Origin: a virus | DNA: 47,480 bases | Strand: one strand, 5' to 3' | Virus record (IMG/VR): IMGVR_UViG_3300033562_000305 | Shown here: positions 45,386 to 47,480 of the stretch, piece after piece | Layout: every line of letters begins with the position of its first letter | Numbering within the stretch: position 1 is the stretch's first letter | Position numbers and translations under genes: made by a program | Notes under the pieces: model-generated | What the model saw: the letters and a program-made list of their open reading frames with translations, nothing else | Database searches by the model: none | Told to the model about the DNA's origin: nothing

Positions 45386-45556
45386 CTAGTAGTCCTCGCG
45401 GCGGTAGTCGCGGCATCCATCGGCGCGCACGTCGGAGCGGCTCACATCGCCGCGCTTAAGGCAGTCGGCATCGTTGCCGCCGTAGCAGTTGCAATACTTA
45501 CACCGGGAGCAGTCGGCGCGCTCGCTCGTCGGCCTAGAGCCCACTATGCGGACCAT
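45386..45556 (-). CDS. Cys-rich small protein (56 aa; not in the ORF track)
   Basis: MVRIVGSRPTSERADCSRCKYCNCYGGNDADCLKRGDVSRSDVRADGCRDYRREDY. Its start overlaps the upstream stop (TAATG). Confidence 0.45.
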   Translation of the reverse strand: MVRIVGSRPTSERADCSRCKYCNCYGGNDADCLKRGDVSRSDVRADGCRDYRREDY

Positions 45557-45912
45557 TACAGTACCGCCATGGCGTCAGCGTCACATTGCAAAGCAACGGC
45601 ACGGGCGAGGGTTGAGGCTTTCAGGGCGGCAAACGCGGCGGCTTCTTCCGTGCGCTCCGCCACAACGTCGGCGCGCCGGTATTCAGCGGTAAGGTAGCAG
45701 TATTCACGTTCGGTATAGTGGTGCGCGGCATCGACCGGCGCGCGCCCGTCAAGGTAGGCAAAAGCCACGGCGGCGCGGCGGCGGAGCGCTTCGGCGGCGG
45801 CACGGGCGGCGCGCGCCTTGCAAGCCAGATAGTCGGCGTCGAGTCCAAGCTCATGCGCACGGCGGGCGCTGGCTATTGTGATTCTCTGGTTCTGGTTCGT
45901 GTTGTTGTCCAT
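45556..45912 (-). CDS. Hypothetical Ala/Arg-rich protein
   Basis: 118 aa, preceded by the conserved leader motif and a GAGGA RBS. Confidence 0.55.
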   Translation of the reverse strand: MDNNTNQNQRITIASARRAHELGLDADYLACKARAARAAAEALRRRAAVAFAYLDGRAPVDAAHHYTEREYCYLTAEYRRADVVAERTEEAAAFAALKASTLARAVALQCDADAMAVL

Positions 45913-45924
45913 CTTGTCCGTCCT

Positions 45925-45957
45925 CTGTCACTCTGTATCCTCGTCCTACGGGCGAGG
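45925..45957 (-). promoter_or_regulatory. Conserved 5' leader element, copy 2 (hairpin with CCGTAGGA loop plus TACAGAGTGACAG)
   Basis: Minus strand: CCTCGCCCGTAGGACGAGG a TACAGAGTGACAG, directly before the RBS of the 45912 gene. Confidence 0.5.
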
Positions 45958-46003
45958 TATGGCACGGGCCGGGCTTGCACCGGCCTGCTGGCTTGCCAGC
46001 GTG

Positions 46004-46306
46004 CTAGTTAATCGAGTACCGGATGCCATTAAAGAATGGCACGGCGATACCCAAAGCGTCGTATATGTACCATCCGCCCTTGACCTGCCGCAGGCTGTAG
46101 CCGGGCAGGCAGTACCCTAGCAGGGCGTTTAATCGCTCCTTGGTGGTAACGGAGCGCCAACCGCATGAACTCAAATAAATAAACGTGTCTCCGGTCTCGT
46201 CGTTGACGGTGAGCGTAAAAATAGAATGGCCGTGTAGCCGGTAGTTAATAGTGAAAAATATCGCGCAGGTCGGACGATCCCATTGTGATAGTATCCAGCG
46301 TGTCAC
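46004..46306 (-). CDS. Hypothetical protein
   Basis: 100 aa with a GTG start and a weak RBS. Confidence 0.5.
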   Translation of the reverse strand: MTRWILSQWDRPTCAIFFTINYRLHGHSIFTLTVNDETGDTFIYLSSCGWRSVTTKERLNALLGYCLPGYSLRQVKGGWYIYDALGIAVPFFNGIRYSIN

Positions 46307-46403
46307 GCCTTGAAAGCTTAATGGTCTCGTCGCGCCTGCTATTATGAGGCAGGCCGCGAAGGGCGTCTATCGACCCGATGATGGTAGCTGTAATCTTGCG
46401 CAT
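46245..46403 (-). CDS. First early small protein (52 aa; not in the ORF track)
   Basis: ATG at 46403 with an AGGGAGA RBS. It lies about 50 nt downstream of the 46461-46490 promoter and overlaps the next ORF by 62 nt. Confidence 0.45.
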   Translation of the reverse strand: MRKITATIIGSIDALRGLPHNSRRDETIKLSRRDTLDTITMGSSDLRDIFHY

Positions 46404-46412
46404 ATTGTCTCC

Positions 46413-46454
46413 CTGTCACTCTGTAGACTCGCGTCGCGGCTCCTACGGCCCGAC
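46413..46454 (-). promoter_or_regulatory. Conserved 5' leader element, copy 1
   Basis: Minus strand: GTCGGGCCGTAGGAGCCGCGAC gcgagtc TACAGAGTGACAG, followed by GGAGA and the ATG. Confidence 0.5.
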
Positions 46455-46460
46455 AAAAAG

Positions 46461-46490
46461 AGTGTAAACCCGGTCAGTATGTTATGTCAA
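46461..46490 (-). promoter_or_regulatory. Leftward early promoter (GGTACTTGACA class)
   Basis: Minus strand: GGTACTTGACA, 18-nt spacer, TACACT. It is the first promoter of the minus-strand arm. Confidence 0.6.
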
Positions 46491-46640
46491 GTACCTATTT
46501 ATCGATTTATTGCGAGGCGGGCGAGGAAAAGAAAGCGGCGCGGCGCGCTGGTCGATAGATGGTTGACATTATATAGAAGATAACGAGAGGCGACAGGACA
46601 TTGCATAATCGTTTCAACGATTAAAATATAACCGGAAAAG

Positions 46641-46670
46641 TGTACCATTATGTACTATTGCGTGTACTAT
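46641..46670. repeat. Three phased TGTAC(C/T)AT motifs
   Basis: tgtaccat ta tgtactat tgcg tgtactat. Further copies occur at 46936 (tgtactat) and in ggtacattggtacac at 46799-46813. Confidence 0.6.
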
Positions 46671-47122
46671 TCTGGTCTCGTAAATCATTGTAGCGCAAGT
46701 AATTGCGAGGCGGTGTATGATTATGTACTCAAAACCGGGTTAATTCCCTTATATATGGATATGGAAACATGTTTATAGGAGATTGATTATAGGCTTAGGG
46801 TACATTGGTACACTGTTAATAAATTATATGCTTATAGGATAAGGAGTTACGAGTGAAGAAAAGTTGTTAAGGGAAGATAATGATACACTGATATAAAGTT
46901 ATTTATACCGACATCCTCGTCAGCAATGTATCAAATGTACTATTTAATGCGGCATAGTGCTAGGTTGTGGTATGGAAAGCATACCGATAATGGAGGTTTT
47001 TTGATCAATTATTCTATAGAACAAGCGATTTTTCCGCTCCTCGTCGGCTGGATTTCGGCGCGGCGCGCGGCTGGCCATGATTCACCGGGCCGCGCGGCCT
47101 CGTATCCTCGTCGGCCAGTCCA

Positions 47123-47170
47123 TGGTCCACTGATTCACTGATTCACTGGTCCACTGATTCACCGGTCCAA
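47123..47170. repeat. Array of six contiguous 8-bp units (candidate iterons)
   Basis: tggtccac tgattcac tgattcac tggtccac tgattcac cggtccaa. An extra tgattcac occurs at 47078-47085. Confidence 0.85.
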
Positions 47171-47244
47171 AAGCCCGCCGCGCCGCCGGAAACTCGATTC
47201 ATTCTATAGATAGCCCGCCAGTTTGAAATCTAGTGGTCGCCAGC

Positions 47245-47295
47245 GCATCGGCCCGTGGTATATGGTAAAACTACACCAGATCACGGGCCGATGCT
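47245..47295. repeat. Perfect 13-bp inverted repeat (stem-loop or cruciform) with a 25-nt loop
   Basis: gcatcggcccgtg (47245-47257) pairs with cacgggccgatgc (47283-47295). Confidence 0.85.
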
Positions 47296-47332
47296 ATAGC
47301 GGCCCTGTATAGTGGCATAGCGGACTGGATAG

Positions 47333-47361
47333 TTGACAGACCATAAACCATAAACCATAAA
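47333..47361 (+). promoter_or_regulatory. Promoter-like element pointing into the repeat array
   Basis: TTGACA (47333-47338), 17-nt spacer, CATAAA (47356-47361). The -10 is built from the heptamer repeats. Confidence 0.25.
47341..47361. repeat. 7-bp tandem repeat CCATAAA x3
   Basis: Direct reading: ccataaa ccataaa ccataaa, then ccac. Confidence 0.9.
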
Positions 47362-47362
47362 C

Positions 47363-47480
47363 CACGGCCAGCAGGCGCACGGCCAGCAGGCGCACGGCCA
47401 GCAGGCGCACGGCCAGCAGGCGCACGGCCAGCAGGCGCACGGCCAGCAGGCGCACGGCCAGCAGGCGCACGGCCAGCAGG
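47363..47480. repeat. 15-bp tandem repeat array AGGCGCACGGCCAGC (partial unit plus 7 full copies plus agg)
   Basis: Units run from 47373 to 47477. The unit is the same as at nt 1-52. Confidence 0.95.

Noticed and set aside
46563-46595. Plus-strand TTGACA (46563-46568) as a rightward promoter.
   Set aside because: There is no acceptable -10 at 16-18 nt (agaggc or gagagg), and there is no downstream plus-strand gene.
46926-47141. The 71-aa plus-strand ORF in the non-coding right-end region.
   Set aside because: It has no RBS. It runs through the GC islands and into the octamer repeat array, and its sequence looks compositionally odd. It is most likely a chance ORF.

Overview
The window looks like a complete genome, about 47.4 kb, of a GC-rich tailed dsDNA phage with podovirus-like gene order. 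It is bounded by the same 15-bp tandem-repeat array at both ends: the first 48 nt equal the last 48 nt. That fits either a direct terminal repeat or an assembly overlap of a circular or concatemeric molecule.

There are two divergent arms. The plus-strand late arm (383-31451) runs: candidate small terminase; large terminase split by an intein; portal; scaffold; major capsid; decoration-like protein; tail adaptor and nozzle candidates; three internal or ejection proteins, including a 2418-aa polyvalent-type giant; three fibre or receptor-binding genes with chaperones; and a lysis cassette with an M23 peptidase, a holin-like protein and a spanin-like protein. The minus-strand early and replication arm (46403 down to 31516) is driven by at least five near-consensus sigma70-type promoters that share GGTACTTGACA. 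It encodes many translationally coupled small proteins, a P4/D5-type primase-helicase, an SNF2 helicase, an SSB-like protein, a VRR-NUC nuclease and membrane proteins. I found no DNA polymerase, RNA polymerase, integrase or reverse transcriptase.

The non-coding junction region (46.5-47.48 kb plus 1-380) is dense in repeats. It holds octamer iterons, heptamers, the 15-mers, a 13-bp perfect inverted repeat, G/C homopolymers, an AT-rich tract and two perfect DnaA boxes.

Most interesting observations:
1. A VRR-NUC nuclease whose N-terminus is an inverted, protein-level-conserved copy of the tail-fibre shaft repeat.
2. A class-3-type intein with a LAGLIDADG endonuclease in the terminase P-loop.
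3. A virion giant protein carrying HExxH and ParB-like motifs.
4. A tRNA-like element with a perfect T-arm and acceptor stem but no canonical anticodon arm.
5. A composite origin-like region.
6. A low-GC receptor-binding module grafted onto the main fibre.

All functional calls come from motif reading and synteny only. No database search was possible.
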